From Candidatus Cloacimonadales bacterium (GTDB lineage Bacteria > Cloacimonadota > Cloacimonadia > Cloacimonadales > JAFGVF01): a stretch of DNA of 64,000 nt. Numbering within the stretch: the first letter of the stretch is position 1; each line of letters opens with the position of its first letter. Shown piece after piece: positions 10,445 to 23,058 of this stretch. The stretch lies in contig OY782781.1 in NCBI GenBank assembly GCA_963678315.1, forward strand, positions 1,568,001 through 1,632,000, read 5' to 3'. Under the pieces are notes generated by a model. It did not search any database and was not told where the DNA came from. It saw only the letters and a list, made by a program, of their open reading frames with translations. The translations under genes and the position numbers were made by a program.

Positions 10445-11656
10445 ATGGAATCTATAAAAACGCTTTATAAAATTGGCTATGGACCTTCAAGTAGTCATAC
10501 AATGGGACCAAGTAGTGCATCACTAAAATTTGTGCTAAAAAATAAAAGTGCTTACAAAATTAGAGTTACCTTGTATGGTAGTTTGGCAGCTACAGGGAAG
10601 GGGCATTTAACAGATAAAGCTATTATTGAGACTATTGGAAATAAAGAATATGAGATTATTTGGAAGCCAGAAGTCTTCTTGGATTATCATCCCAACGGCA
10701 TGAAGTTGGAATCATTAGATGAAAGTAATAATCTGATAAATGAAGAGGTAGTTTATAGTGTAGGTGGCGGGGCAGTAGTCTATGAGAATCAAGATGTTGT
10801 TCCAACTAGTAGTTATAAATTCAATCAGATGGAACAAATTATATCTTACTGTCAAAGTTCTGGAAAAACATATTGGGAATATGTATTTGAGAATGAAGAT
10901 GAATCTCTTGCCAGCTACTTAAAAGTTGTTTGGAAGACCATGCAGGATGCAGTTGAAAGAGGTCTTATCGAAGAGGGTGTTCTTCCTGGTGGACTAGGTG
11001 TATCAAGAAAAGCTTACCAATATCATAAGAAAGTTCAGTTTGTAACTCATAATCATAAAAGATCAGGATTCTTGTATTCCTATGCTTTAGCTGTTGCTGA
11101 GGAAAATGCTAGTGCTGGTAAGGTTGTTACTGCTCCAACATGTGGTTCATCAGGAGTTTTACCTGCTGTCCTATATTTCCTTAAAAATGATATGAAGTTA
11201 AGAGAAATTGAGATAATCAGAGCTTTAGCAACAGCTGGCTTGATAGGTAATTTAGTAAGACATAATGCTTCGATATCCGGAGCAGAGGTGGGATGTCAAG
11301 GTGAAATAGGTGTAGCTTGTGCAATGGCTTCAGCAGCTGCCACACAGTTAATGGGAGGAACTATTAGGCAGATAGAATATGCTGCTGAGATAGGTTTAGA
11401 ACATAATTTAGGGTTAACATGTGATCCAATCTGTGGCTTAGTACAAATCCCATGTATTGAAAGAAATGCTTTTGCTGCCCGTTCAGCTATGTCTGCTAGT
11501 GATTATGCCTTATTCTCAGATGGAACTCACTTTGTTAAATTTGATGAAGTAGTTCGAGTAATGAAAAAGACAGGCCACGATATTCCTTCTTTATATAAAG
11601 AAACATCTATTGGAGGACTTGCTTTAGAATATCAGAACCGACAAATGAAGGTTTAA
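10445..11656 (+). CDS. sdaA: L-serine dehydratase, Fe-S dependent, single chain
   Basis: GPSSSHTMGP, LYGSLAATGKGHLTD, SISGAEVGCQGE, LGLTCDP, VQIPCIERN. Confidence 0.95.
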   Translation: MESIKTLYKIGYGPSSSHTMGPSSASLKFVLKNKSAYKIRVTLYGSLAATGKGHLTDKAIIETIGNKEYEIIWKPEVFLDYHPNGMKLESLDESNNLINEEVVYSVGGGAVVYENQDVVPTSSYKFNQMEQIISYCQSSGKTYWEYVFENEDESLASYLKVVWKTMQDAVERGLIEEGVLPGGLGVSRKAYQYHKKVQFVTHNHKRSGFLYSYALAVAEENASAGKVVTAPTCGSSGVLPAVLYFLKNDMKLREIEIIRALATAGLIGNLVRHNASISGAEVGCQGEIGVACAMASAAATQLMGGTIRQIEYAAEIGLEHNLGLTCDPICGLVQIPCIERNAFAARSAMSASDYALFSDGTHFVKFDEVVRVMKKTGHDIPSLYKETSIGGLALEYQNRQMKV

Positions 11657-11674
11657 ACATTTATTAAAGATAAT

Positions 11675-11707
11675 AAAAAGAGCTATCAGTTTTTGATAGC
11701 TCTTTTT
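11675..11707. terminator. Bidirectional intrinsic terminator
   Basis: AAAAAGAGCTATCA-GTTTT-TGATAGCTCTTTTT between convergent genes. Confidence 0.85.
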
Positions 11708-11727
11708 ACATAGAAAGTTATAATTAT

Positions 11728-12597
11728 TTATATGGGCTTTTCTTGAAGCTCAAGCATCTGGGATGCTTTTACCATATTGTAGCCAATTTTATTTACCTCT
11801 TCAATGAAGTATTTTAAGTTATCTAGTCTTTCTTTAGAAGTGCAATGAGTGATAATTAAAATATCTTTTTCATACTTGTAGTATTTCTTCATTCTCTCGA
11901 TATACTTATCAACATTTGTAGCTGTAGGATTTGGTACATCCAAGAATATAGCCCTCTTAGCTGTAGGAACGCTCATTTGTTTTGCTAAGCTATAAGCAAC
12001 AGTTTGGGTGCTGGTTGCTGAATCTATAAAGAAGAGATCATTTGCATGGCACCAGTTTAGTACAGTTTCCATGGTAGTAGAATCGGCTGTTGCAAGACTT
12101 CCCATGTGATTGTTTATTCCTACTGCTTTCGACACTTGTTTATGAAAATCATTTAGTTTATTGATAATTGTTATCTCATCATCACTAGGGCGGATGTATT
12201 CTTTACCTGGATTAACTGATTTATTAGTCGGTTCCATGGGTACATGAATAATGACATCGTGTGAGTAATCTATAGCTAGATCCATCACCCTTTCTGTATA
12301 AGCTAAATTTGGTAATACAGCGAAAGTGACTTCCTCAGGTAATTGGCAAAATTGGATCAATAGAGAGTCTTTCACTTTTTCATTGTAGTTTCCAAAATCA
12401 TCAATTACGATAGAAAACTTTGGAGAAGAATCAATAATATCTTGATCCGGACTTCTCTCAATTACTTGTATAGTTTCCATAGAAGCCAACAATGAATCTT
12501 TAGAAGTATCGTCATCTGTTTTCTTATTGTCGTTTTTACAAGCTTGCATTGTAAGTACTAGTAATATTAGTAAAATTACTTTTATAGCTTTTTCCAT
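11728..12597 (-). CDS. Divergent polysaccharide deacetylase family lipoprotein (YibQ-like)
   Basis: IVIDDFG, HVPMEP, GINNHMGS, FFIDS; lipobox-like MQAC. Confidence 0.9.
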   Translation of the reverse strand: MEKAIKVILLILLVLTMQACKNDNKKTDDDTSKDSLLASMETIQVIERSPDQDIIDSSPKFSIVIDDFGNYNEKVKDSLLIQFCQLPEEVTFAVLPNLAYTERVMDLAIDYSHDVIIHVPMEPTNKSVNPGKEYIRPSDDEITIINKLNDFHKQVSKAVGINNHMGSLATADSTTMETVLNWCHANDLFFIDSATSTQTVAYSLAKQMSVPTAKRAIFLDVPNPTATNVDKYIERMKKYYKYEKDILIITHCTSKERLDNLKYFIEEVNKIGYNMVKASQMLELQEKPI

Positions 12598-13079
12598 GAA
12601 ATTCTATCTCCAATTTTTATATTATATTTATCGCAAAATCCTGCATTAACTTCAAGAGTGTATTTACTGTATTCTTCACTGAATATATTTTCTTCAGAAT
12701 AAGGTTCAGCATATTCATATTTATCTAATATCTGACCTTCTTCACTAATAAAGATTAAATCTAATGAGATATGGGTATTCTTCATCCAGAAACTCATTGG
12801 TCTAATATCTTCATAGATAAAAAGCATTCCTGCCTTCCAGTTCATCTCTTTCCTATACATGAGCCCTTGCATCATTTCTTCATTATTTTCGGCTAATTCA
12901 ATATCAATTACCAGTGAATCATGATCTGCAGTTGGTAAAAATATCAACTCTCCTTCTTTCTGAAAATCAATATTTTCACCCATAGGATCATCAATACTAT
13001 TGCTTGCACAAAAGTAGATTGTAACTGTAAGAACTAAGGTGATTAAGGCTAAATACTTTTTACTTATCAGTTTTAACAT
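12582..13079 (-). CDS. DUF192 family protein
   Basis: GLMYR...GMLF...FWMKNT..SLDLIF...LEVNAG. Start moved to ATG 13079 behind AAAGG (ORF track gives 13139). Confidence 0.88.
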   Translation of the reverse strand: MLKLISKKYLALITLVLTVTIYFCASNSIDDPMGENIDFQKEGELIFLPTADHDSLVIDIELAENNEEMMQGLMYRKEMNWKAGMLFIYEDIRPMSFWMKNTHISLDLIFISEEGQILDKYEYAEPYSEENIFSEEYSKYTLEVNAGFCDKYNIKIGDRISWKKL

Positions 13080-13257
13080 TTTCAACCTTTTGTGTATTCT
13101 TGCTAGAATTGACTTTGTCAAATAGTTGGTGATTTTCAAGATAATTAATAATAAAGAAAATTAAGATTATTCCAACAATATATAACATTATTTTTCCGTA
13201 GAAATTAGCTCTATTCTGTTTTTTCTTCATTTGTTTTAACTCATCTTTATAACTCAT
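13060..13257 (-). CDS. Small single-pass membrane protein, first gene of the three-gene minus-strand operon
   Basis: RBS AAGGAG; one hydrophobic helix; overlaps the DUF192 start; minus-strand TTGACA at 13341-13346. Confidence 0.7.
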   Translation of the reverse strand: MSYKDELKQMKKKQNRANFYGKIMLYIVGIILIFFIINYLENHQLFDKVNSSKNTQKVENVKTDK

Positions 13258-13393
13258 TTTCAGCTCCTTAAAGATTTATGTTAGTATATGAAATTAGATT
13301 TAATACTTCAAATAAATTATATATTTACAAGTGCTATATCTGTCAATAAAAACCATAAACACAATGAATCCTGACTATATCTTCATGCATTCA

Positions 13394-13440
13394 TTAATGG
13401 CCTCCTGCATTAAATCTACTTTCTATGCAGGTGGGGCAAG
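13394..13440. repeat. Diverged copy of the dispersed palindromic element
   Basis: TTAATGGCCTCCTGCATTAAATCTACTTTCTATGCAGGTGGGGCAAG aligns with 61649-61692. Confidence 0.6.
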
Positions 13441-13788
13441 GGCACAACGGCATAGGAGTAAGTGTGGAGTGTAAAGGGAAAATGTAAGGGGGATTGCCTA
13501 CGTCTAGAAGGCTGTGAGCATCACTTCATAAATCATCAAAAAAAAGATCAACTTTTTAATTGATTTGTACAATTCATAATAGACTGAAAGGGCATGTGAA
13601 TGACAAGAAAATTAGCTAAAAAATAGTGTTGAAAAAAATGAACACAATTAAGACTAGAAATAGTCCTTATTTTTAGTAAAATCTGGTAGAAAATGCTATG
13701 ATTTTCTAGGAAAAAGATACTTAATAAAATTATGAACAAAAAAAGGCTCAAATGCCTAAAAATAAAGGCAAAAATGCCCAGAAATCTA

Positions 13789-13816
13789 TTGACAAAAAAG
13801 GTAAAAAATATATGTT
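13789..13816 (+). promoter_or_regulatory. Candidate sigma70 promoter for gyrBA
   Basis: TTGACA, 16 nt, TATGTT, about 140 nt upstream of the gyrB start. Confidence 0.5.
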
Positions 13817-13917
13817 GAAACTAGGATTTGAGGTGAAAAATGAGTAATGAAATTAGCAGGAAAAATTGAATAAAAAACAGCATTAAGAATAATAAAATTT
13901 AAATAATGCAATTATAG

Positions 13918-15855
<1,938 letters not shown>

Positions 15856-15864
15856 GAGGTTATA

Positions 15865-18336
15865 ATGGAAGAAAATAATAGAGTAATATCAAGACAGATT
15901 GAAGAAGAATTAAAAAAATCATACATGGAATATTCAATGAGTGTGATTGTTTCTCGTGCCTTACCAGATGTAAGAGACGGATTAAAACCATCACAAAGAA
16001 GAATCCTTTATGCGATGAATGAATTGAATTTAACCCCTGGTGGACATTTTAGAAAGTGTGCTAAAATTGCTGGTGATACATCAGGTAACTATCACCCACA
16101 CGGTGAACAAGTTGTGTATCCAACTCTTGTTAGATTAGCTCAAGAATGGAACATGAGATACCCACTTATCAATGGACAAGGAAACTTTGGTTCTATTGAT
16201 GGTGACCCACCAGCTGCTATGCGTTATACTGAAGCTAGACTTCATAAAACAGCTATAGATTTAATGATGGATATTGAGAAAGATACAGTTGATTATCGTG
16301 GTAACTATGATGATACACGTAAGGAACCAGAAGTTTTTCCTACTAGACTTCCAAACTTGTTAATTAATGGTTCTTCTGGTATAGCTGTTGGTATGGCTAC
16401 CAACATGGCTCCTCATAATATTGGTGAAATTAGTGATGGAATAGTGGCTCTAATTGACAATCCGGAAATGACAGATTTAGAGCTAATGCAATATATTCCA
16501 GGTCCTGATTTCCCAACAGGCGGTTATATTGTTGGTCGTTCAGGCATTAAAGATTACTTCACTACTGGAAGAGGTAAAGTTAAGGTTAGAGGTAAAGCTG
16601 ATATTCACGTTAATAAGAAAACAGGTCAAGAATCAATTATTATTTCTGAAATACCTTATATGTTAAATAAGACTCTTCTTATAGAAAAAATAGCATCTCT
16701 AGTTAAAGAAAAACGAATTGATGGTATTAGTGATATCAGAGATGAATCTGGTAGAGATGGAATGCGCTTAGTTATTGTTGTTAAAAAGAATGCAGATGCT
16801 AATGTAGTATTAAACAGTCTCTATAAATTTACTCAACTTCAAGGAACTTTCGGTGTAAATAACCTTGCTTTAGTTGATGGTGTTCCACAAACACTTTCTA
16901 TGACAAGATTGATTTCTGAGTTTATAAGTTTTAGGCATGAAGTAGTTGTAAGAAGAACTAAGTTTGAACTTAGAAAAACTGAAGCAAGATTACATATTTT
17001 AGAAGGTCTAAAAATTGCCTTAGATAATATCGACGAAATAATAGCCTTAATTAGAGCTTCTGCTAGTACACAAGATGCAAGAGATAGTCTGATGGAAAGA
17101 TTCGAATTAAGTGAAATTCAAGCAAAAGCTATTCTAGAAATGAGACTACAAAAGTTGACAGGTTTAGAAAGAGAAAAAATCGAAGATGAATTTAAAGAAC
17201 TTTCTGAGCTAAAAGCTCAACTTATTGCAATTCTTGAGAGTGAAGAGCTTCAAATGAATATCATTAAAGAAGAAACTCTTGAAATGAAAGAAAAATATAG
17301 TGATCCTAGAAGGACTATTATTATTGATAACGACTTATCTTTAGATGAAGAAGATTTGATTCCTGAAGAAAATGTTGTTGTTACTATAACTAAAGAAGGT
17401 TATATCAAGAGAATGTCGCTTGATTCATATAAGACTCAAAATAGAGGTGGAAGAGGACTATCTGGTTCAAACTTGAAAGACTCTGACTTTATTCAAAACA
17501 TATTTGTAGCATCAACACATTCTTACATTCTTTTCTTTACAGATTATGGTAAATGCTATTGGTTAAAAGTTTATCAAATACCTTCAGCTGGACGCTTAGC
17601 AAGAGGTAAGGCAATAGTAAATCTTATCAATATCGAGAAGAATGAAAATATTAAAGCATTTGTGACAGTTGATGAATTTGATGAAACAAAATATATCGTA
17701 ATGGCTACACGTAATGGCTTATTCAAGAAAACTTCTCTTTCAGCATACTCAAGACCACGTACTAATGGTATTATTGCAATTAAACTTGTTGATGGTGATG
17801 AGCTACTTGAAGCAAAGTTGACTAATGGTAATAATGATATTTTATTAGCAACAAACCATGGATATAGTAACAGATTCTCAGAAGTTGCCATCAGAGCACT
17901 AGGAAGAAATTCCCAAGGTGTATGTGGTATTAAATTAAGAGAAGATGATACTGTTGTTTCTATGATTGTTGTCGAAGAAGATGATGATAGAACAGCTTTA
18001 TCTATTAGTGAAAATGGATATGGTAAACGTACCCCTCTAAATATGTACAAGACAACAAATCGTGGTACAAAAGGTGTTATTACTCTTAAGACAACTATGC
18101 GTAATGGTTACTTAGTTAAGATGCTGGTAATATGTGATGACGATGATTTAATGATAACAACTAAAGATGGAATGATTATTAGACAATCTGGAGCTTCAAT
18201 TTCTCAAGTTAGTAGAAATACTGCTGGAGTTAAGCTTATTAATCTTCTTAAGAAAGATAAAGTTTTCGATGCAACTTGCATTAGAAGTGAAGATGCTGAA
18301 ACTGAAGATTCTGAAAATGATCAGGTGAATGAATAG
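15865..18336 (+). CDS. gyrA: DNA gyrase subunit A
   Basis: [19 protein letters not shown] catalytic Tyr, GyrA-box QNRGGRG, beta-pinwheel repeats. Confidence 0.97.
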   Translation: MEENNRVISRQIEEELKKSYMEYSMSVIVSRALPDVRDGLKPSQRRILYAMNELNLTPGGHFRKCAKIAGDTSGNYHPHGEQVVYPTLVRLAQEWNMRYPLINGQGNFGSIDGDPPAAMRYTEARLHKTAIDLMMDIEKDTVDYRGNYDDTRKEPEVFPTRLPNLLINGSSGIAVGMATNMAPHNIGEISDGIVALIDNPEMTDLELMQYIPGPDFPTGGYIVGRSGIKDYFTTGRGKVKVRGKADIHVNKKTGQESIIISEIPYMLNKTLLIEKIASLVKEKRIDGISDIRDESGRDGMRLVIVVKKNADANVVLNSLYKFTQLQGTFGVNNLALVDGVPQTLSMTRLISEFISFRHEVVVRRTKFELRKTEARLHILEGLKIALDNIDEIIALIRASASTQDARDSLMERFELSEIQAKAILEMRLQKLTGLEREKIEDEFKELSELKAQLIAILESEELQMNIIKEETLEMKEKYSDPRRTIIIDNDLSLDEEDLIPEENVVVTITKEGYIKRMSLDSYKTQNRGGRGLSGSNLKDSDFIQNIFVASTHSYILFFTDYGKCYWLKVYQIPSAGRLARGKAIVNLINIEKNENIKAFVTVDEFDETKYIVMATRNGLFKKTSLSAYSRPRTNGIIAIKLVDGDELLEAKLTNGNNDILLATNHGYSNRFSEVAIRALGRNSQGVCGIKLREDDTVVSMIVVEEDDDRTALSISENGYGKRTPLNMYKTTNRGTKGVITLKTTMRNGYLVKMLVICDDDDLMITTKDGMIIRQSGASISQVSRNTAGVKLINLLKKDKVFDATCIRSEDAETEDSENDQVNE

Positions 18337-18438
18337 TTAATTTTAAGTTTATCTTTAATCAATTGTAAGTTTATTTTTAAAATAGCTTGACTAAAATTGT
18401 TGTAATTGATTAAACTTGATTAATATTGGAGGATTTAA

Positions 18439-19323
18439 TTGTTAATACAAAAATATTTTGTTACAAGACAGAAATTAGTTGATGATGCATTAGAAGAATA
18501 TTTTGTTCTAAGTTCTAGGAATACAAGTAAATTCGATAAAGCTGTCAGATATTCTTTACTGTCTGAAGGAAAGAGACTTAGGCCTATATTGCTTTTTGCA
18601 GTTTATGAAATGCTCAAAGGAAGAAAGAATATAAAATCTCTCAACAAGATTATGCCAGTTGCTTGTGCTTTAGAAATGGTTCATACTGCTTCTCTTGTTC
18701 ATGATGATTTACCAAGCCTAGATAATGCTAAATATCGTAGAGGTAAATTAACTTCTCACGAAAAGTATGACCCTGCTACAGCTATTTTAGTTGGTGACGC
18801 ATTATTAACAAAAGCTTTCGAAGTTCTTACAGAAATGGAGGATAAGAAGAAAGCTGTTCAATGCATTGATATTCTTGCTAAAGCAATCTCAACTAGAGGA
18901 ATGATTGGTGGACAAACAGTAGACCTTCTTTCTGCAGATAAAAATGTTAGAATTAATGTCCTAAAATATATACATTTGAAGAAGACAGGGGCACTCTTAC
19001 AAGCTGCTACTGATATGGCTTGTGCTTTATGTGATGTAGAAGAAAATCAGATGATTACATTAGGTAACTATGCTCTTAATTTGGGATTGTCATATCAAAT
19101 CATTGATGATATTCTTGATGATGTTGGAGCATTGGATATCTTAGGTAAGGAATCTGAGGATAGTAAAAACCATAAAACAACTTATGCAACTCTACTTGGT
19201 ATAGAGGGAGCAAAGAAAACTGCTGAAAAGCTTTTATCAGATGCTCATAAAATGATTAAAAACATTGATAATAGCGATGTTTTAGTGGAGTTCATAAATA
19301 GGATAAAAGAAAGATTACCATAA
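18439..19323 (+). CDS. ispA: Polyprenyl diphosphate synthase (FPP/GGPP synthase, IspA-like)
   Basis: GKRLRP, HDDLPSLD..RRG, GGQ, KTGAL, QIIDDILD; TTG start behind GGAGG. Confidence 0.85.
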   Translation: MLIQKYFVTRQKLVDDALEEYFVLSSRNTSKFDKAVRYSLLSEGKRLRPILLFAVYEMLKGRKNIKSLNKIMPVACALEMVHTASLVHDDLPSLDNAKYRRGKLTSHEKYDPATAILVGDALLTKAFEVLTEMEDKKKAVQCIDILAKAISTRGMIGGQTVDLLSADKNVRINVLKYIHLKKTGALLQAATDMACALCDVEENQMITLGNYALNLGLSYQIIDDILDDVGALDILGKESEDSKNHKTTYATLLGIEGAKKTAEKLLSDAHKMIKNIDNSDVLVEFINRIKERLP

Positions 19324-20114
19324 TGAAAATAATTGATATCCATACTCATATATTACCAAATGTTGATGATGGATCTGATTCAATAGATAAATCTATTGAG
19401 TTTATAAAAAATTCTATAGGAGAAGGGGTGGAAACTATTTTTCTCACCCCTCACTATATGTATGGCAAGTATATATCATCCAATGAGGAAACTAGCAAGC
19501 AATTTGATAAACTAGTAGCTGAAGTGAAGAAAAGAAATTTAGATATTCAGCTGTTTAAAGGTGCAGAAGTATATACTGACATGAATTATGTTGACCTTAT
19601 TGAAGAAGAAAAGTTAACTTTAGGTGAATCAAATTATGTTCTGTTTGAGACATCGCTTAACTCAAGCAGTAGCGATATCAATGAATTTGTGTTTGCCTTA
19701 CAGAGAAAAGGATACAGACCTATCCTAGCACACCCGGAGCGGTATAGTTCTGTACATTCTAACAGTAAGATTCTTGAAGATTTGATGTATAGAGATGTTT
19801 TACTACAGATAAATGCAAGTAGTCTTTTAGGATTATATGGTAAAAAAGTTAAGCAAGTAGCTTGGAAATTGCTTCATAAAGGTTATGCTCATTTTATAGC
19901 TTCTGACGAACATTGTAGAGTTGAAAACGATAGCTTAAAAGAGGCTTATGATAAGGTTGTTGATCATATTGATGAGTTTACAGCAAATCTTTTGTTTTAT
20001 AAGAATCCTCTTAAAATAGTTCAGAATAAGCCTATCTCAACATTCTATGTTACAGTAGTTGCTAAGCATCACAGGAAAAGAAAATCAATTTGGAATATAC
20101 TCTTTAGAAGATGA
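19323..20114 (+). CDS. CpsB/CapC/YwqE family PHP protein-tyrosine phosphatase
   Basis: IDIHTHILP.VDDGS, TPH, LAHPERY, ASDEH. Confidence 0.92.
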   Translation: MKIIDIHTHILPNVDDGSDSIDKSIEFIKNSIGEGVETIFLTPHYMYGKYISSNEETSKQFDKLVAEVKKRNLDIQLFKGAEVYTDMNYVDLIEEEKLTLGESNYVLFETSLNSSSSDINEFVFALQRKGYRPILAHPERYSSVHSNSKILEDLMYRDVLLQINASSLLGLYGKKVKQVAWKLLHKGYAHFIASDEHCRVENDSLKEAYDKVVDHIDEFTANLLFYKNPLKIVQNKPISTFYVTVVAKHHRKRKSIWNILFRR

Positions 20115-21115
20115 AAAATACGAAAGCTAAAGTTTTGATAACAAACATAATTGGGTATGTTGGTCAAAATCTATGTAAGAAAATTAAAGCCAAAAATTAT
20201 GATTTATATGGAATTGTTCCAGTAGGCACTGATCCTATGAAATATGAAGAATTCCGTGATATTATTACTGTAATTGAAATTACAATAAATGATATAATTA
20301 ATTTGAGAAATCATCTTGAAGAAAATTATTACGACTTTATAATTCATGTTCAAGATGACCCTACAGATAAGTATTTTAAGAAGAAAAGGTTCATAAATAA
20401 TTCAGTAAATATTGTAGAGCAAATTGTAGAATATTGCATGAAAAATGATTCTGTTTTAATTCATCTCTCTAATACAGATGTTTTTGAAACAGCTCCAGTT
20501 GAATTACCAGCATATTTCAGAAAGAAAAACAATTACAAAAGTAAGTATGCTAAAGTTCTAGCAGAAGAGGAAGCAATAATTGAGAAAAATCGGATTAAGG
20601 GATTGAAAGCAATTATACTCAGACATTCTGTTTGGTATGGAGAAGGGTGCAAAGGCTTTAGTAAAAATATGATTTCTGCAATCAAACTTAGATTATTCCC
20701 ATTAGTAAATGAACGGATTTATATTCATCTGACAAATATATTATTGTTCTGTGAAATCATTGAGCAAGCAATAACTAACACTCAAGCTATTGGTAAAAAC
20801 TACAATGTTACAGATCATGAACCAGTAGTATTATCAGAGCTAACACATTTTATAAATCAATTACTCAAGGAAAAGAAGTATGGGGCTTATCACAGTATGA
20901 ATTTATATTTTGGACGTAATATTGCTGAACTTCTAAGCAAACTAAGGTTATACAGGTGCTCAAAGTTCTTTGAGCAAATAACTCATAATTGGTTTTACGA
21001 TAGTACAAATTTAAAGAGAGATTTTAATCCGCCCAGATATAATACAATTCCTGCAATAGCTATTGCAGTTACTGGTGAACAGATGAATTTCTGGAAGGAT
21101 AATGAACAAGATTAG
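20111..21115 (+). CDS. Extended SDR / NAD-dependent epimerase-like protein with degenerate motifs
   Basis: KVLITNIIGYVG Rossmann-like start, ILRHSVWYG, GKNYNV; YxxxK replaced by YAKVL. Confidence 0.65.
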   Translation: MKNTKAKVLITNIIGYVGQNLCKKIKAKNYDLYGIVPVGTDPMKYEEFRDIITVIEITINDIINLRNHLEENYYDFIIHVQDDPTDKYFKKKRFINNSVNIVEQIVEYCMKNDSVLIHLSNTDVFETAPVELPAYFRKKNNYKSKYAKVLAEEEAIIEKNRIKGLKAIILRHSVWYGEGCKGFSKNMISAIKLRLFPLVNERIYIHLTNILLFCEIIEQAITNTQAIGKNYNVTDHEPVVLSELTHFINQLLKEKKYGAYHSMNLYFGRNIAELLSKLRLYRCSKFFEQITHNWFYDSTNLKRDFNPPRYNTIPAIAIAVTGEQMNFWKDNEQD

Positions 21116-22100
21116 AAAGACTTTAATTATTGGTCTTAGTATTGGACTTCTTATGTTATCTGCATGGCTGTATTTCTTTGATTTTAATGCCCTTAAAGAT
21201 AACTTAATGAATTTGAATGTTGGATATGTTCTTCTTAGTTTATTGAGTTATGTCCTAGCATACTTTGTTAGATCTCTCAGATGGAATCAACTTCTAATAC
21301 CAACTAAAAAAGTAAAAGTAAAAGAAACATATCTTTGGTCGATAGCAGGTAATTTTGTTAATTATTTAATACCAATTAGAGCAGGTGAATTAGCAAAAGC
21401 AATAATTGCAAAGAGGAACTCAAATATCGCAATCGCTAGCTCTTTACCTTCAATATTTATAGACAAGTTCTTTGACACAATAGGTATTTTTATAATTTTG
21501 ATAATGATACCATTCTTGCATATTCAAGTTGTTCCGGCACTTAACTGGCTAATAACTGTTTTACTTATAGTATTTACTTTGGGAATATTAATCCTAATTG
21601 GAGCAATAGTAGCAGAAGATAAACTGATTAAACTTCTCCACAAGTGTTTCTATTTTATTCCTGAGAAATACCAGAATAAAGTATTTGATTTCATAGAGTT
21701 GTTTGTTAAAGGAACTGCTATTTTTAAAGAACATTCTGGCATTCTAATAAAAGTGATATTTTTTACTGCATTAGGAATAATTCTTGACGGAATTTACTTC
21801 TATTTAATGTTTAAAGCATTCGGATTCATTAATGTAAGTCTTTCATTTATATTCTTTGGATATACATTATTGAATCTTTCATATATTTTACCTCAACCAC
21901 CAGCTCAATTAGGTAGTAATGAGTGGTTAATGACTCTAATATTTGTTACTGGAATGGGAATGAATTTAGGAGAGGCAAGTTCACTAATGGCTTTCGCTCA
22001 CATAGCTACAGGTATAATTGTTAGCTTATTGGGTATTATCGCTATGAGTATGATTGGAGTTAAGGTTGTGGATTTAATCAAAAGGAGCTCAAATGAGTAA
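21102..22100 (+). CDS. Lysylphosphatidylglycerol synthase TM-domain (flippase-like) membrane protein
   Basis: RSLRW, NYLIPIRAGELAK, DKFFD, PQPPAQLGSNE; about 8 TM helices. Confidence 0.85.
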   Translation: MNKIRKTLIIGLSIGLLMLSAWLYFFDFNALKDNLMNLNVGYVLLSLLSYVLAYFVRSLRWNQLLIPTKKVKVKETYLWSIAGNFVNYLIPIRAGELAKAIIAKRNSNIAIASSLPSIFIDKFFDTIGIFIILIMIPFLHIQVVPALNWLITVLLIVFTLGILILIGAIVAEDKLIKLLHKCFYFIPEKYQNKVFDFIELFVKGTAIFKEHSGILIKVIFFTALGIILDGIYFYLMFKAFGFINVSLSFIFFGYTLLNLSYILPQPPAQLGSNEWLMTLIFVTGMGMNLGEASSLMAFAHIATGIIVSLLGIIAMSMIGVKVVDLIKRSSNE

Positions 22101-23058
22101 TCAAAGTGTTGATTTAATAGAAAAATTAGCTGATATAAAAAAAGATATACTAAAAGAACTAAGCAAAGTAATTGTTGGGCAAGATAAAGTAATAGAGCAA
22201 ATACTCGTTGCACTCTTTGCTGATGGACATGTACTACTAGAAGGTGTTCCAGGGCTGGCTAAAACCTTGTTGATTTCTAGTCTGGCTAAAGTTCTTAACC
22301 TAGATTTTAGTCGTATTCAATTTACTCCAGACCTTATGCCTTCTGACATAACAGGTACAGACATACTTTCTGAAAATAAAGCAGATGGTAAAAGATATTT
22401 TGAGTATATTAAAGGTCCAATATTTGCTAATATTATTTTGGCTGATGAAATTAATAGAACACCCCCTAAAACGCAATCTTCATTGTTGCAAGCAATGCAG
22501 GAATATGAAGTTACTAATGGTAATGAGACTTATCAGTTAGCAAGACCATTTCTTGTTCTAGCAACTCAAAATCCAATTGAGCAAGAAGGTACATATCCTT
22601 TACCAGAAGCTCAGTTAGATAGATTTATGTTTAATATAGTGATAGATTATCCGACTTATGATGAAGAACTTGAAATTGTAAGAGTTACAACATCAAATCA
22701 AAAGCAAACAATAAAGCCTGTCATTGATGCTAAGAGTATTATTGCTCTACAAAAAGCTATCTTAGACATACCAGTCAGTGACCACGTTCTTAAATATGCT
22801 GTAGATTTAGTAAGATCTACAAGACCAGATAAGTCAAATAGCAATGAGCTAATATCTTGGGGAGCTGGTCCACGTGCTTCTCAATATTTAATATTAGCAG
22901 CTAAATCACGGGCAGCTTTAACTGGTAGATTAACTCCTTCAGAAGATGATATTCGATATGTTGCACCTTTAGTTTTACGCCACAGAGTAATTCCTTCATT
23001 CACTGCAGAAGCAGAAGGAATTAAATCACTCGATATTGTAGATAAACTATTAAAGTAA
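22093..23058 (+). CDS. moxR: MoxR family AAA+ ATPase
   Basis: GHVLLEGVPGLAKT, RIQFTPDLMPSD, LADEINR, ATQNPIEQEGTYPLPEAQLDRF. Confidence 0.95.
   Translation: MSNQSVDLIEKLADIKKDILKELSKVIVGQDKVIEQILVALFADGHVLLEGVPGLAKTLLISSLAKVLNLDFSRIQFTPDLMPSDITGTDILSENKADGKRYFEYIKGPIFANIILADEINRTPPKTQSSLLQAMQEYEVTNGNETYQLARPFLVLATQNPIEQEGTYPLPEAQLDRFMFNIVIDYPTYDEELEIVRVTTSNQKQTIKPVIDAKSIIALQKAILDIPVSDHVLKYAVDLVRSTRPDKSNSNELISWGAGPRASQYLILAAKSRAALTGRLTPSEDDIRYVAPLVLRHRVIPSFTAEAEGIKSLDIVDKLLK

Noticed and set aside
13370..13530. Structured ncRNA (tmRNA, 6S, SRP, riboswitch) in a GC-richer patch
   Set aside because: No recognisable family motif; part is explained by the dispersed palindrome. An Rfam scan would settle it.
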